DNA of 64,000 nucleotides. Origin: a virus. The first letter of the stretch is position 1. Every line of letters starts with the position of its first letter. The stretch lies in IMG/VR virus record IMGVR_UViG_3300020045_004509, positions 1-64,000 of that record; one strand, written 5' to 3'. The notes beneath the pieces were generated by a model. The model was given only the letters and a program-made list of their open reading frames with translations, did no database searches and was not told where the DNA came from. Below are positions 46,446-56,717 of this stretch, piece by piece. The translations under genes were made by a program, and so were the position numbers.

Positions 46446-47311
46446 TGCCTAAGCAAAAAATCAAGAATAAAGACATTCTGGATAAGTTTTACACAAATCC
46501 AGAAGTTGCAAAAGACTGCATCTTTATTCTGAAGAATATTCTATCCAATAAGAAAATAGAATTCATTGAGCCATCTGCTGGTTCAGGTTCATTTTCTAAA
46601 GGGATACCTTGTCGATCATTTGATATACTTCCTGAAGATTCTTCAATAGAAAAATTGGATTTTCTTCAGGATTATATTCATATGACTTCTGATGTGGTTA
46701 TCTTTGGGAATCCCCCATTTGGCAATGCAAATAGTCTATCTAAGGCGTTCATTGAACGGTCAATGAAGTATTCTCAGGTAAAAGTGATTGCATTCATTCT
46801 TCCTAAAGCATTCAATAAACTATCCATGCAGAAAGTCTTTTCTGAACGATGGATTCTTGTTTCTTCAACCGATTTACCCGATGATTCATTTCTTCTAAAT
46901 GGGAATCCCTATCATGTTCCATGTGTGTTTCAAGTTTGGGTAAGACTACATTATTTGAATCTTCCTAATCTTCGGGAAGTATCGTTTGGCAATAAATGTT
47001 CTGATTTTGAATTTTGTTCAAGAAAAGATGCGTCTTTCTTCTTGTTTGGGGCATCCCCATCTAATATCATTGATGTAGATCAAGTTCAAGAAAACAATCG
47101 AGGATATTTTGTTCGATCTTTTATAGACAAAGACGTTCTTTGTGATAGAATACGATCAGTGGATTGGAAAGCAAATGCCTCAAGTTCAGTTTCGGGGGGT
47201 GTTGCTTGGTTCACTAAAGATGAAATCATTAAACATTATCTAAGGAAATATAATGACCCAAAGCGCAAACAATCTGTCCCGTACTCTGTTCAAACAATTC
47301 TTGAGTGCTAA
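46445..47311 (+). CDS. Amino-DNA methyltransferase (probably N6-adenine)
   Basis: DKFYT, FIEPSAGSGSF (motif I), GNPPFG (motif IV), AFILP. Confidence 0.88.
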   Translation: MPKQKIKNKDILDKFYTNPEVAKDCIFILKNILSNKKIEFIEPSAGSGSFSKGIPCRSFDILPEDSSIEKLDFLQDYIHMTSDVVIFGNPPFGNANSLSKAFIERSMKYSQVKVIAFILPKAFNKLSMQKVFSERWILVSSTDLPDDSFLLNGNPYHVPCVFQVWVRLHYLNLPNLREVSFGNKCSDFEFCSRKDASFFLFGASPSNIIDVDQVQENNRGYFVRSFIDKDVLCDRIRSVDWKANASSSVSGGVAWFTKDEIIKHYLRKYNDPKRKQSVPYSVQTILEC

Positions 47312-47594
47312 TCCTGATGCAGTTCGGGTTGATTCCCGGAATGTATTTGATGTTGATAATAAACGATATGCATTTTCTTTGACCAGTTCAGACAAGATTA
47401 TTGCCCGTCAGTTTTACCAAGATTGCGATGCTGTTGTTTGTCTGAACAACATTACAAAATTGATGCATGTTGCAGAAAAGATCAATCTAGTTATTGATTC
47501 TGCCCCTAATCGGATTACAACTAAGGGCATCAAAGCATATTCTGCAAAATCCGAAATCACTTTCCCTTCGACAACTTTGTTTAATACTCTTTAA
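47253..47594 (+). CDS. Hypothetical protein
   Basis: SD AAGGA upstream; overlaps MTase end. Confidence 0.55.
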   Translation: MTQSANNLSRTLFKQFLSANPDAVRVDSRNVFDVDNKRYAFSLTSSDKIIARQFYQDCDAVVCLNNITKLMHVAEKINLVIDSAPNRITTKGIKAYSAKSEITFPSTTLFNTL

Positions 47595-48750
47595 GGGTCA
47601 TTGTTCCATAAATGGATTGATTGGTTGTAGTTGGCATGTATGCGAGAATGTATTCATCTGATACATTAGCAACAGACATACCAATATACGATAAGTATGA
47701 ATCATTCAGGCCAAATCCAGCCCCAACAATACCCGATGGAATAGAATGGATAACACGACCTGTTCCAGCAGTAATTGTAGTTCCAGCAGTCGGAACCCCG
47801 AATAATAGTTTAGAATTTGCTGTATATGTTAGAGGGGTTGAAACAGTTGGATTCAAGATTAACATCAAAATACCAGCATCAGATGCAGAAGTATTTGATG
47901 ATCCAATCGAAGTAATTGCAACACATACATCCCTTAGCGTAGCAGATTTCTTAACCCCAAGAACTGGGTATATAGTTCCAATTGCATTAGTAGCAACTGC
48001 AATCAAACTAACATTAGACAAAGAAAATCCAGATTCCATCGATGATCCTTCGGTTGCTGCTTGAGAACAGATTGCTCTCATTGTTCCAACCCCAGTAGTT
48101 GACCGGATTTCATACCGAATATTATGATTTGGGGTAGCCATCATCACATCAGTTGCATTTGATGCATGAGAATAAGTATGGGCTAAAACAAATCCCGAAG
48201 CAGTCTTAACGAACATTCTAAGAACTGCCCCTCCAAGCCAAAGAAAATCGAATAGAACAACAGTAAAGTTATTCCAATTATAGGTACTCAATTTTGAATA
48301 ACCATCCCACGAAGTAATAGGAAGATCAAGAACTGACACTCCAGAATTTTGAATCTTCAGACGAATAGTCGTTCCATCATTTTCAACCCAAAATCCATCA
48401 TTTACAGAATTATATGGAGCAGTTGCAGCCCCATTAAAATATCCAGCCCGTTTTACGACATTAGCCTGAGTACCAAAGGTATCAAAAGTCATTTCAATCA
48501 ATTGAGATTTACCAGAAAAATATGGAATCGTTCGAGTATTTTGACGAATGACATACTGACCAGCAGTTACAGACATAGTAGATTTATTTGTCAGAAAAGT
48601 ATTGGTTCCAGTCCCAACCGTTTCAAACACAAGAGGATTATCAACATTCAGAATTTTACCATCAAATAATGTGGTCATGTTTGAAATTCTTGCCCGACCA
48701 CCAGCATCACGGGTGACTTCAAGATTTGGGGTGTTTGGGGTGTAACTCAT
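47581..48750 (-). CDS. Putative virion structural protein
   Basis: DAGGRARIS..TLFD, YFSGKSQ, DFLWLG; Thr/Gly-rich; lies in late operon. Confidence 0.7.
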   Translation of the reverse strand: MSYTPNTPNLEVTRDAGGRARISNMTTLFDGKILNVDNPLVFETVGTGTNTFLTNKSTMSVTAGQYVIRQNTRTIPYFSGKSQLIEMTFDTFGTQANVVKRAGYFNGAATAPYNSVNDGFWVENDGTTIRLKIQNSGVSVLDLPITSWDGYSKLSTYNWNNFTVVLFDFLWLGGAVLRMFVKTASGFVLAHTYSHASNATDVMMATPNHNIRYEIRSTTGVGTMRAICSQAATEGSSMESGFSLSNVSLIAVATNAIGTIYPVLGVKKSATLRDVCVAITSIGSSNTSASDAGILMLILNPTVSTPLTYTANSKLLFGVPTAGTTITAGTGRVIHSIPSGIVGAGFGLNDSYLSYIGMSVANVSDEYILAYMPTTTNQSIYGTMTLKEY

Positions 48751-48759
48751 TTTGTTTCC

Positions 48760-49839
48760 TTAAAGAATATCGTAACCAGTACCATTAGACTGATATGTTA
48801 ATGTTTCATATTGTAAAGTTAGATCAGTAGTCAAAGAACCATCAATCAACTGGGATGAAGTCGTGTTCACAATAACTTTAAATTGAGTTGAATCAACTTT
48901 TTTAACGATGAATATTTTTCCAGTATTTGTTGTTGCAGATGGTAAAGTAATAGTGATTTCAGAAGTTCCATTAACCCGAATGGTATAATCACTATTTGTT
49001 ACAGTATAGTTTGCGGTCTTGGTTACAGTTGGAAGAACAGATGCCTTTACGCCGATTTGGGTATTCTTCCAGACATTAGCAGCAGTATCCCAAGTCAGAA
49101 CATCATTATTAACTAAATTTGAAACGAGAACATCATGTAGTTCATCTAATTCATATCCATTTTCAACATCAACAAATATTGATCCTAATGTGACATGGGA
49201 ACGAATACACCAACCAACATGTACTGCATGAAGCGGGGAAATAGGTTTTACTGATGTCAATCCCCCAAGAACAGTTGCTGATAAGTATAAAGAATCGCCT
49301 TCAAGAAAAGCAGATGTATTAACATCCCGAACCAACCCAGAAACAGTCGCAAACCCTTCTGTATTATGAGGAACATCTTCTGTAATGATAGCAAAAGTAT
49401 TTCTTGATGCTGATTCTGTATTTGCTTGGGCTAAAGCAACTGTTAATCGTTGACCTTGAGAACCAGATAATCGTACTACTTGAGGGGATGTAAATGTCAC
49501 CCCAGTATTATTTGTGATTCTGATTAGTTGTTCTTGGCCGATCTGAAGGGTTACGTTTCCCCCTTTCATCCCAAGATTCAAAGTGCCATCAGTATTATTC
49601 CATGTCATCCTACCAGCAAGATTAGGAAATGCAGTAGTTGTATCAAAGTCAATATAATCTAATGAAGTCAATGATGAAATACCAGCCCCACCATCACTTG
49701 GAATAGGCCCAATCGGATATTCTCCCCCATCATCCCCGCGTCCATACATAACACCATCAGATTTCATATAAACCGATACTGATCCGATAGCTGGGGCAGT
49801 TGGGGCTACATTTAGTTTGTCAAATACAAGTTGGGACAT
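48760..49839 (-). CDS. Tail fibre-like protein
   Basis: TLQIGQEQ, ELDELHDV..LTWD..WKN, KTANYT..ITLPSA repeats. Confidence 0.75.
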   Translation of the reverse strand: MSQLVFDKLNVAPTAPAIGSVSVYMKSDGVMYGRGDDGGEYPIGPIPSDGGAGISSLTSLDYIDFDTTTAFPNLAGRMTWNNTDGTLNLGMKGGNVTLQIGQEQLIRITNNTGVTFTSPQVVRLSGSQGQRLTVALAQANTESASRNTFAIITEDVPHNTEGFATVSGLVRDVNTSAFLEGDSLYLSATVLGGLTSVKPISPLHAVHVGWCIRSHVTLGSIFVDVENGYELDELHDVLVSNLVNNDVLTWDTAANVWKNTQIGVKASVLPTVTKTANYTVTNSDYTIRVNGTSEITITLPSATTNTGKIFIVKKVDSTQFKVIVNTTSSQLIDGSLTTDLTLQYETLTYQSNGTGYDIL

Positions 49840-49840
49840 A

Positions 49841-50473
49841 TTAGGTAATCTTTACGTTTCCGTGAATAATTAGAGGGGCTTTTAGTTTCAAATAACTAAT
49901 AACAGAATATGAAGTATCAATAGGAATAATAGTTTCTTTTGAAATCACATTATGAGTTACTGATAACATCGATGCTTGATCAGTAAAATTAAATTTATTT
50001 AGAGTAGAATCCCATACCATTACATCATCATTATTGGGGACTTGATTTACGACATCATCAAGTTTCAGAAGTCTTACTTCGCCCCCTCCAGAATGTTGAG
50101 ACCCCACAAACTTTTTCAGAAAAGCAAATTCATCCTGAAGTTTCTTGAACATCAACATCATATTCTTTTCAGAATCGGATACAAAAGGAACAATGGGGGG
50201 AACTATCTTTTTGACTAATGGTTCGGGAGGAAAGGATTCTACAATAGGAACCGGAATAACTTCTTTGGGGATTTCTTGAATGACTTCAATTGCTTTAGTC
50301 TTTTCTTTTGAAATTAAACTAAACAATTCTGAAAGTAGGGGAACAACTTCAGTTTCTTTTCGACGATCTTCTTCATCTTGCCTTTCTTTAGCAAGTCTAA
50401 GTTTTTCGGCCTTAGCTTCTTTTAGAAGAAGGGCGAATTCAGAAAGTTGATTGAAAGGTTCATTTGGTTCCAT
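49841..50473 (-). CDS. Hypothetical virion-associated protein
   Basis: GGGEVRLLKLDDV...WDSTLNKF motif. Confidence 0.65.
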   Translation of the reverse strand: MEPNEPFNQLSEFALLLKEAKAEKLRLAKERQDEEDRRKETEVVPLLSELFSLISKEKTKAIEVIQEIPKEVIPVPIVESFPPEPLVKKIVPPIVPFVSDSEKNMMLMFKKLQDEFAFLKKFVGSQHSGGGEVRLLKLDDVVNQVPNNDDVMVWDSTLNKFNFTDQASMLSVTHNVISKETIIPIDTSYSVISYLKLKAPLIIHGNVKIT

Positions 50474-50476
50474 TCT

Positions 50477-50716
50477 CTATTTAGCTAATACCAACAAGCA
50501 TGGAAATGCTCCAAGAATCGTAAATAATGCGTCCATTAAATCTGGGGTATGTTCTTCTTGATTTATGGTATCATATAGTTCTTTAGCAAAAGCAACTACA
50601 ATAACAGAAACGAATGCTGATACCATTGAACTATTCAAAAGAAATACTAAGGTGAAGATAATATTACCATAAATGAAATGGTTTGCTTTATCTTGATCAA
50701 GGATTGGAAGTTTCAT
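50477..50716 (-). CDS. Small membrane protein (YfiM/VanZ-like)
   Basis: DKANHF, KELYD, DLMDALFT with TM segments. Confidence 0.6.
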   Translation of the reverse strand: MKLPILDQDKANHFIYGNIIFTLVFLLNSSMVSAFVSVIVVAFAKELYDTINQEEHTPDLMDALFTILGAFPCLLVLAK

Positions 50717-51129
50717 ATCAGTTTATTTTTGAGAAGTTGTTTATATAATGCGCCGGGATTTAGATTATTCTGACCCAAAGTAAAGATACCTAAAATTTCA
50801 GAACAGAACCAGATATGATAATCGATATTAAAGTTGATTCTAAAAATTGAACATATTCCCCCAAAGACATCATATTTTGATCCTGAATTTTGTTCAAACC
50901 AGTTTCTTAGGCTTTCTTCAGAAATATCTATTTTCAGATCAAATACATCCCAATGACCAGATTTAAGATCGATTTTCTTTAAGCGAACCCCATTATCCCG
51001 TTTTGATGATGAACCACAAATTCCATCAGAAAATACAAATTCAACATGGGAATATTTGGAAAAACTACACAGTCCAATAATCATATCCAGCAAATTTCCT
51101 TCTATAGCTTTATAGAATGCGATTTGCAT
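50713..51129 (-). CDS. Permuted papain-like NlpC/P60 amidase
   Basis: YSHVE before WFCSE (His-before-Cys order), GSKYD. Confidence 0.75.
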   Translation of the reverse strand: MQIAFYKAIEGNLLDMIIGLCSFSKYSHVEFVFSDGICGSSSKRDNGVRLKKIDLKSGHWDVFDLKIDISEESLRNWFEQNSGSKYDVFGGICSIFRINFNIDYHIWFCSEILGIFTLGQNNLNPGALYKQLLKNKLI

Positions 51130-51135
51130 GATTGG

Positions 51136-51306
51136 TTAACCGAATACTAAAGAATATACAATTGCATTTAGTTTTGCTAACTGAACATCATCATCAAGAC
51201 TTTTAAAGTTGGCGTCAACTTCAACATTAGTTAAAGGTTCGCCCTTAGCAGTAGTTTCAGTTGGTACTGTTGGGGTAGTTGTGTTTCTATATGTTAATTC
51301 TGCCAT
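51136..51306 (-). CDS. Small fibre-N-terminus-like protein (56 aa)
   Basis: Hand-translated MAELTYRN...KGEPLTNVEVDANF...YSLVFG. Confidence 0.7.
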   Translation of the reverse strand: MAELTYRNTTTPTVPTETTAKGEPLTNVEVDANFKSLDDDVQLAKLNAIVYSLVFG

Positions 51307-51307
51307 T

Positions 51308-51748
51308 TTAGTTCACCACGATAGTCCAAGTAATAATTAGAGTATCAGCAATACCTTTATTGATTGGGGCAAAGGTAGTTCGACAAAGCATATCCCCAGC
51401 AGTTGCATCATTAAACATACCAGCTTCAGTAATCGATCCTGTCCCAATAGTAGGAAAGAATGTTGCAACATAAGTAATAACATTTGCTGCTAATAGGGCA
51501 GAATCAAATGATGTCCTTGCTAATTCAGTTTGCAAAGTAGTATTAGCAAGTAGTTGAAATGTTGTTCCTGAACCAATTGCCATATGGGAAAGAACGGGTT
51601 TAGCAGTTCCAACCATTCTTGATGTGATGTAATTCTTGCCAGAAGTCACTACAAGATTTTTTAAGTCATATCGTTTGATTAGAACTTTATTTTCATCCAA
51701 GTGATCAATAGTAAGATTTCCGGTTACGTTGATATTTTCGTTTAGCAT
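51308..51748 (-). CDS. Baseplate / tail-collar fibre-type protein
   Basis: NLVVTSGK, MAIGSG, ELAR, ITEAGMF, MLCRTTF, ITWTI. Confidence 0.75.
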   Translation of the reverse strand: MLNENINVTGNLTIDHLDENKVLIKRYDLKNLVVTSGKNYITSRMVGTAKPVLSHMAIGSGTTFQLLANTTLQTELARTSFDSALLAANVITYVATFFPTIGTGSITEAGMFNDATAGDMLCRTTFAPINKGIADTLIITWTIVVN

Positions 51749-51766
51749 AATTTGAATCCTTTTGGG

Positions 51767-51773
51767 TATTTAG
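51767..51773 (-). promoter_or_regulatory. Late-promoter-like CTAAATA; also at 54026-54032 and 63460-63466
   Basis: About 20-30 nt upstream of structural gene starts; resembles T4 late TATAAATA. Confidence 0.6.
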
Positions 51774-51841
51774 GGAGGAAATTAATCTAATTAGAATTAA
51801 TTATGCAATTAAATCAGAAGTAGCAGACCTCATACTTACTG

Positions 51842-54001
51842 TTAGATAAGTGTACCAGAAGCCACCTCAACCCATGATGCCCCGGTATAAGCAAACTCTC
51901 TCCACTGCCCAATAGCAATAGTGACTGAGGAGAATGTCACTGTAAAAGCCCCTGTAGCGGTAGATTTCCTAGCTACCCGTACTACATCATTTTTAAAAGG
52001 CAGCGCATCGGCGGTTACTGTCCTGTTGGTAGTGATAGCAACGTCATAAACAACATTGGTGCGCCTTGCTTGCAAAATAGTAATACTTGCATTTCCAGCT
52101 ACAGTAGTAACCGACTGCCTCGGGCGTATTGCACACGGCGCGAATTTTGGCATATAGCAGTTAGCACCAAAACCAGCAACAAAAGAAAAGCTAGTGTTGG
52201 ATACACCAGTATTTGTAATTTTTATACGGCAATACTTTTTGCCTGTGGCAGTAACAGGTGCAGGTATAAACAAATCAGTGCGAAATTTCACAGAATCAAT
52301 TGCCCCGTTATACATAGTTCGTTCTGTTGTCGTCTTTGTCGAATCGATTACTGTCATAGTTACATTAACATCTGACATTGATCCTCCATACTGATCCAAA
52401 CGCCGCATATATAGTCCTTGCGGGATTGATGTGTTTTCCCAAAACTCAATGTCTTTTTGTAGATACCCACTTGGGGCAAGATTTACCCGCAGCCCTGCAC
52501 CACTGTCTTGTGCAAGATTTGTCGATATGCTTACTACTCCGGATTGCAGCCAACCATCACCAGTCTCTTCACCCCAGCCATCTACAAGCACATTTTCAAA
52601 GCTACCCCACTCACGGTAGTTAACAGTGACATTTTTAACACTCAGCCTAGTCTCGCTATCACCTGCACTATGATTTATAAAGCTGATCCCTGAGGAGTAA
52701 GAGCCAGTAATGTCTTTATGGTCAGCATTTACTATCGAAATAGTATTAGGATAAATGTTGCTTGTTGAACATTGCAAGACAGTCGTTACCTTGTTGGTAT
52801 CGGTAACGTAAGTAACTACTTTACCAAAGGTTTTTACATTGGTAAGATTTACGTTATAAAGCTGCGCAGTGGCTCCGAAGCGCACAAGCGCTGGCGTCTG
52901 AGTGCTTTCAACACCTCCGATAATTGGCTTGTAGACCAAAGGTGTTACCCAGATGTTAGACCCAGACACAGCAAAAGGTTTCGCTACGCCCTCAAGCAAA
53001 AGCATGGTGTGGCAAACATCAACCCCAATGTTGTTCATTGATAACGAAGCACTTGACCGCCCAATGTCAGCAAATGTTCTGCAACCAAATACAAACACGT
53101 CAGATAAATCTGCACCATCATTGTTACTAAATCTGAAAACATCAAAGTTTTTTACAAGTTTTGTTGCAAAGTTTTGGAAACTCACAACAATATTGTGCAG
53201 AGAATTAGGGTTTAACAAAATGTCAGAAAACCGGATGATGTCAGTTGATTTAGCGACATCAAACGCAATACCAGTAGCACAGCCGCGAATGCCCCGAATC
53301 GTCAACTTTTCCATATTCTGTGACGAATCTGCGTAAAAAATAGTAGTTCCACCAAGATAAAGAATATTAGATAACTTTGGTGCGTTGTAAGTACCGATCC
53401 CAACAAAGGTCGGAGGAAACACCACAAGTGGTGACAACTTATCTGGTTGCCCAAGGTCTTCTACAATGTTGTAGTTTTGCGTTGGATAATACACACCAAA
53501 ATTTGTAGCTTCCGAATTTTGGTTAAGGATAATTTGAGCATTTGGGCCACAAATAAGCCAACTTCCATAAGCAGTAATCACTGTACCAGATGCACTCTTT
53601 TTAGGGGAGTCAACAGGAAGTGTGTCAAACCCTCTGAGGGCTTTTCCAGCAGGAACAGTAATCGTGCCGTTTATATAAACTGGTCCCGACCATGAAACTA
53701 CCTTTGACGTAACAAAAAGCGCATTTATTGCAGCAGTAGAATCAGTTACCCCATCCCAGTAACTTGGGGTTACTTGATGTAAAACACTTTGTAGATTCGT
53801 TGCAACAGCCCCCACCCCAGCAGGCATATATCCAACCAGCGATGCACCAGAACTTGTCCCAAAATCTTCCTTAAACTCATTCTTCAATTCTGCCACAGTA
53901 ACATCTTTTGCTACCCCAGAATCATTCAAGAAAATCTGTTCAGTTCCAGTTAATGTTGCTGCTGTCTTATTTGGTAAATTTGCTAAATCTATAATAGCCA
54001 T
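51842..54001 (-). CDS. Tailspike / beta-helix receptor-binding protein
   Basis: DGVTDSTAAI; body homologous to 14436-16592; N-terminus homologous to 54029-55159. Confidence 0.85.
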   Translation of the reverse strand: MAIIDLANLPNKTAATLTGTEQIFLNDSGVAKDVTVAELKNEFKEDFGTSSGASLVGYMPAGVGAVATNLQSVLHQVTPSYWDGVTDSTAAINALFVTSKVVSWSGPVYINGTITVPAGKALRGFDTLPVDSPKKSASGTVITAYGSWLICGPNAQIILNQNSEATNFGVYYPTQNYNIVEDLGQPDKLSPLVVFPPTFVGIGTYNAPKLSNILYLGGTTIFYADSSQNMEKLTIRGIRGCATGIAFDVAKSTDIIRFSDILLNPNSLHNIVVSFQNFATKLVKNFDVFRFSNNDGADLSDVFVFGCRTFADIGRSSASLSMNNIGVDVCHTMLLLEGVAKPFAVSGSNIWVTPLVYKPIIGGVESTQTPALVRFGATAQLYNVNLTNVKTFGKVVTYVTDTNKVTTVLQCSTSNIYPNTISIVNADHKDITGSYSSGISFINHSAGDSETRLSVKNVTVNYREWGSFENVLVDGWGEETGDGWLQSGVVSISTNLAQDSGAGLRVNLAPSGYLQKDIEFWENTSIPQGLYMRRLDQYGGSMSDVNVTMTVIDSTKTTTERTMYNGAIDSVKFRTDLFIPAPVTATGKKYCRIKITNTGVSNTSFSFVAGFGANCYMPKFAPCAIRPRQSVTTVAGNASITILQARRTNVVYDVAITTNRTVTADALPFKNDVVRVARKSTATGAFTVTFSSVTIAIGQWREFAYTGASWVEVASGTLI

Positions 54002-54028
54002 TTTAAAATTCCTTATTTATTCTTCTAT

Positions 54029-55159
54029 TTAGGCTCTAAACCATGTACTAATACCAACATTATTTGTATAATATACCCACGAAACAGAAGTTCCCCCATC
54101 TAATGAAGTAATAGCCCCTGAAATATTAGTCGATGGGGTTTGTAATGTGATAGAAGTAATATCATTAAATGTCGTTATTGTAAACTTTCTACCAACTTGA
54201 TTAGCAGTATTACCATACAAATCTGGAAATTTAATTGTTAATGCAGCAGTAACTGATGATGAATCAATAATCAAAACTTCAGTATTAAATGCTGATGTTA
54301 TCAAGGAAGCAGATACTGGGTTTGGTACATATTGCACTTTACTTAATGTTCCCCCTGTTGGCTCAACACTTCCTGGAAAATGTATATTACCTTCATTACT
54401 GATTTCCATTCTTAATTCACCATCAGAACCAGATGGCATAGAATTCCAATTTGTCCAAGCTGAGGTATCCCGAATCTGGAATTCCCCAGTGTATGCAGTT
54501 CGAACTGAATATGATCTATTGGTTGCAGTATTACTTGATTCTAAAATTAGGGCAGATTCTCTTCCTGCACTTGATGCAACCCTAAGTGTTCCCCCTGCAG
54601 CCCCAGCAACCCCAATTACATCCCCTTGATAGAAGAATAAATTTGGCCCCCATGCCCAATCTGGGGCAGTATTTGTTGCAGAAGGGGGTGCCCAATCAAT
54701 ACCCCAGAAATTCATTCCTGATGCTCCTTCAGCAACGTCAAATCGCATAGCAACACATGAACTTGCAGTTGTTCCCGCAACATCTCTTGCTCCTGATGCT
54801 GGGGGATACACAGAATATGGATTCAAGGGGGTGTTATATGTGATTCCCCATCCCCATTCAGCAGCATTATGATATTGTCGCCATTTACCAAACTTAGCTT
54901 CCCCTCCAGAATATGTAGAAGATTCTTTGAATGGTTTTGATAAATCTGGTACATCAATCAAAGGGGTATTGAATACTACCCCTGATTTAATCGCTGAATT
55001 TGTTACTTCAATTGTATTGAATTCCGCTTTGATGTTTGCCTTCAATTCGGTCAACGTAACATCTTTAGCTATACCAGAATCATTCATTATAATCTGTTCT
55101 GTTCCAATTAAGGTTCCTGATGTTTTATTTGGTAAACTAGCAAAATCTATATCAGCCAT
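54029..55159 (-). CDS. Tail fibre / receptor-binding protein
   Basis: Shares N-terminal ~44 aa with the 51842 protein; ELRMEISNEGN fibre motif. Confidence 0.7.
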   Translation of the reverse strand: MADIDFASLPNKTSGTLIGTEQIIMNDSGIAKDVTLTELKANIKAEFNTIEVTNSAIKSGVVFNTPLIDVPDLSKPFKESSTYSGGEAKFGKWRQYHNAAEWGWGITYNTPLNPYSVYPPASGARDVAGTTASSCVAMRFDVAEGASGMNFWGIDWAPPSATNTAPDWAWGPNLFFYQGDVIGVAGAAGGTLRVASSAGRESALILESSNTATNRSYSVRTAYTGEFQIRDTSAWTNWNSMPSGSDGELRMEISNEGNIHFPGSVEPTGGTLSKVQYVPNPVSASLITSAFNTEVLIIDSSSVTAALTIKFPDLYGNTANQVGRKFTITTFNDITSITLQTPSTNISGAITSLDGGTSVSWVYYTNNVGISTWFRA

Positions 55160-55169
55160 AAAATCTTTC

Positions 55170-56717
55170 TTATATTATTGGTACAACTACTGTATCAGAA
55201 CCAAACACTAAACTATCCCCATTCATTGTTGGGGTTCCATCAGCAACATGCATTTCATCAATAATTCCAGGATCAAACGCATAATCTTCAGCAAAATACG
55301 CATCTGTTAATTGAGCAATATTCTGAACAATATTTCCATCAAACACTACAGAATCATTTCCAAATCCAACATCAAATTCAAATGTCTGTTTATATGGGGT
55401 TACATACAGATTATTTTGATTCAGAACAGATTGAAGATTCTTATCAATTGTCTTACCAATAGAATCTGTTACTACAATAGAATCAAATAGATTCACGTTA
55501 ATAGTATTACATGTATGGATCAGTTCAATTTCATTATTGATGTCAATTACTGCAATCTTATCAAGGAATGAAAAATATTTCACCCCCGCAGGATGAACGA
55601 TCTTATGAACATTCTGATAATCTGCAACTTGATTTTGGGTATGGATTACATATGAAAATAACTGATAATATAATCCGTCATGAAGTCTAATATTAGGGGA
55701 TGAAATGGTTCCCTTATCAGAAATCAATTTACCAAACGTTTTAGAAATCAGGGAAGTATCAAGTTTTATAATAGTTTGAGAATCAAACCACTGTTCAGGG
55801 GAATTTGCATCAGCTTCCCCTGAAAATGGGGAAATAGCAAATGTGTTATTTGAATCATATATCGCATTATTTCCTAAAAATATCACATTATTATTTCCAA
55901 AGGTAATATTAAAAGGAAGGGATTGATTATTTGTCGTGAACCCATAGTCAATGATATTAACTTTTTCTAATGTACCTTGATCCCCAACCCTTGCAACTTG
56001 ACAAATAGTCTTTTTTTGGTTTGTGTCAATAGTAAAACATTGTCCAACTTGCCAATACTTTCCCCCATCTATAACAGAAATAGAAGATGGAAATGTTGAA
56101 AACAATGGCCCAAAGAAATCAAGATGATCGTCAGTATATACTTTTACTAATTGATTTTGTGTTACTGAAAGATCAATATATGATGTAAAGAAGATTCTGT
56201 TTAGGGTAAGATTCTTTTCAACTTTGTTTATTTTGAATTTACGGGGGGAACCATCAAATTGAATGTAGTTTGATGAATCTAAAATGACTCCATCTTGTAC
56301 TTGAACAGTGACAATCGTATCCTGAACCCATCGACCATCAGATGCCTTTAGAATGTTTTCCTTGGGATGTTCAATTGATATTTCTTCTCCATAGACAATT
56401 CTAAAAAGAAGTTTTATGGAGTTTTCTGAACCTTTGGATTTGTATAGATCATAGACATGCTTTGCGACTAATCTACGATCAACAGCAATATTCTTTGGAA
56501 TACCCTTTAGTTCTTCAAAGAATGATTCAATAAAATCTAAAGCTGAACTATCTGAATCGGCAAAAGCTAAAACATCTTGAATGCATTTCTGAATCGCGGT
56601 TTCTTCTTGGAACTCATAGTAGTAATCTAAGAACGAAATAAATAGAGGATTATTATCTCTAATATGACGGGGAATCTGATTTCTAACAAGATGCTTGGCA
56701 GTAAATCCAGTATTCAT
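55170..56717 (-). CDS. Baseplate wedge protein, gp7-like
   Basis: QIPRHIR..PLFISFLDYYYEF, LYKSKGSENSIKLLFRIVYGE, ILKASDGRW, YYQLFSY, HPAG; follows gp6. Confidence 0.8.
   Translation of the reverse strand: MNTGFTAKHLVRNQIPRHIRDNNPLFISFLDYYYEFQEETAIQKCIQDVLAFADSDSSALDFIESFFEELKGIPKNIAVDRRLVAKHVYDLYKSKGSENSIKLLFRIVYGEEISIEHPKENILKASDGRWVQDTIVTVQVQDGVILDSSNYIQFDGSPRKFKINKVEKNLTLNRIFFTSYIDLSVTQNQLVKVYTDDHLDFFGPLFSTFPSSISVIDGGKYWQVGQCFTIDTNQKKTICQVARVGDQGTLEKVNIIDYGFTTNNQSLPFNITFGNNNVIFLGNNAIYDSNNTFAISPFSGEADANSPEQWFDSQTIIKLDTSLISKTFGKLISDKGTISSPNIRLHDGLYYQLFSYVIHTQNQVADYQNVHKIVHPAGVKYFSFLDKIAVIDINNEIELIHTCNTINVNLFDSIVVTDSIGKTIDKNLQSVLNQNNLYVTPYKQTFEFDVGFGNDSVVFDGNIVQNIAQLTDAYFAEDYAFDPGIIDEMHVADGTPTMNGDSLVFGSDTVVVPII
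56592..56627 (-). other. Synonymously diverged self-target of the TnpB guide inside the gp7-like gene
   Basis: gat tac tac tat gag ttc caa gaa gaa acc gcg att; 31/36 identical to 56753->56718. Confidence 0.85.

Noticed and set aside
51779-51802. AT-rich near-palindrome AATTAATCTAATTAGAATTAATT
   Set aside because: Low complexity and weak pairing; no supporting copies.
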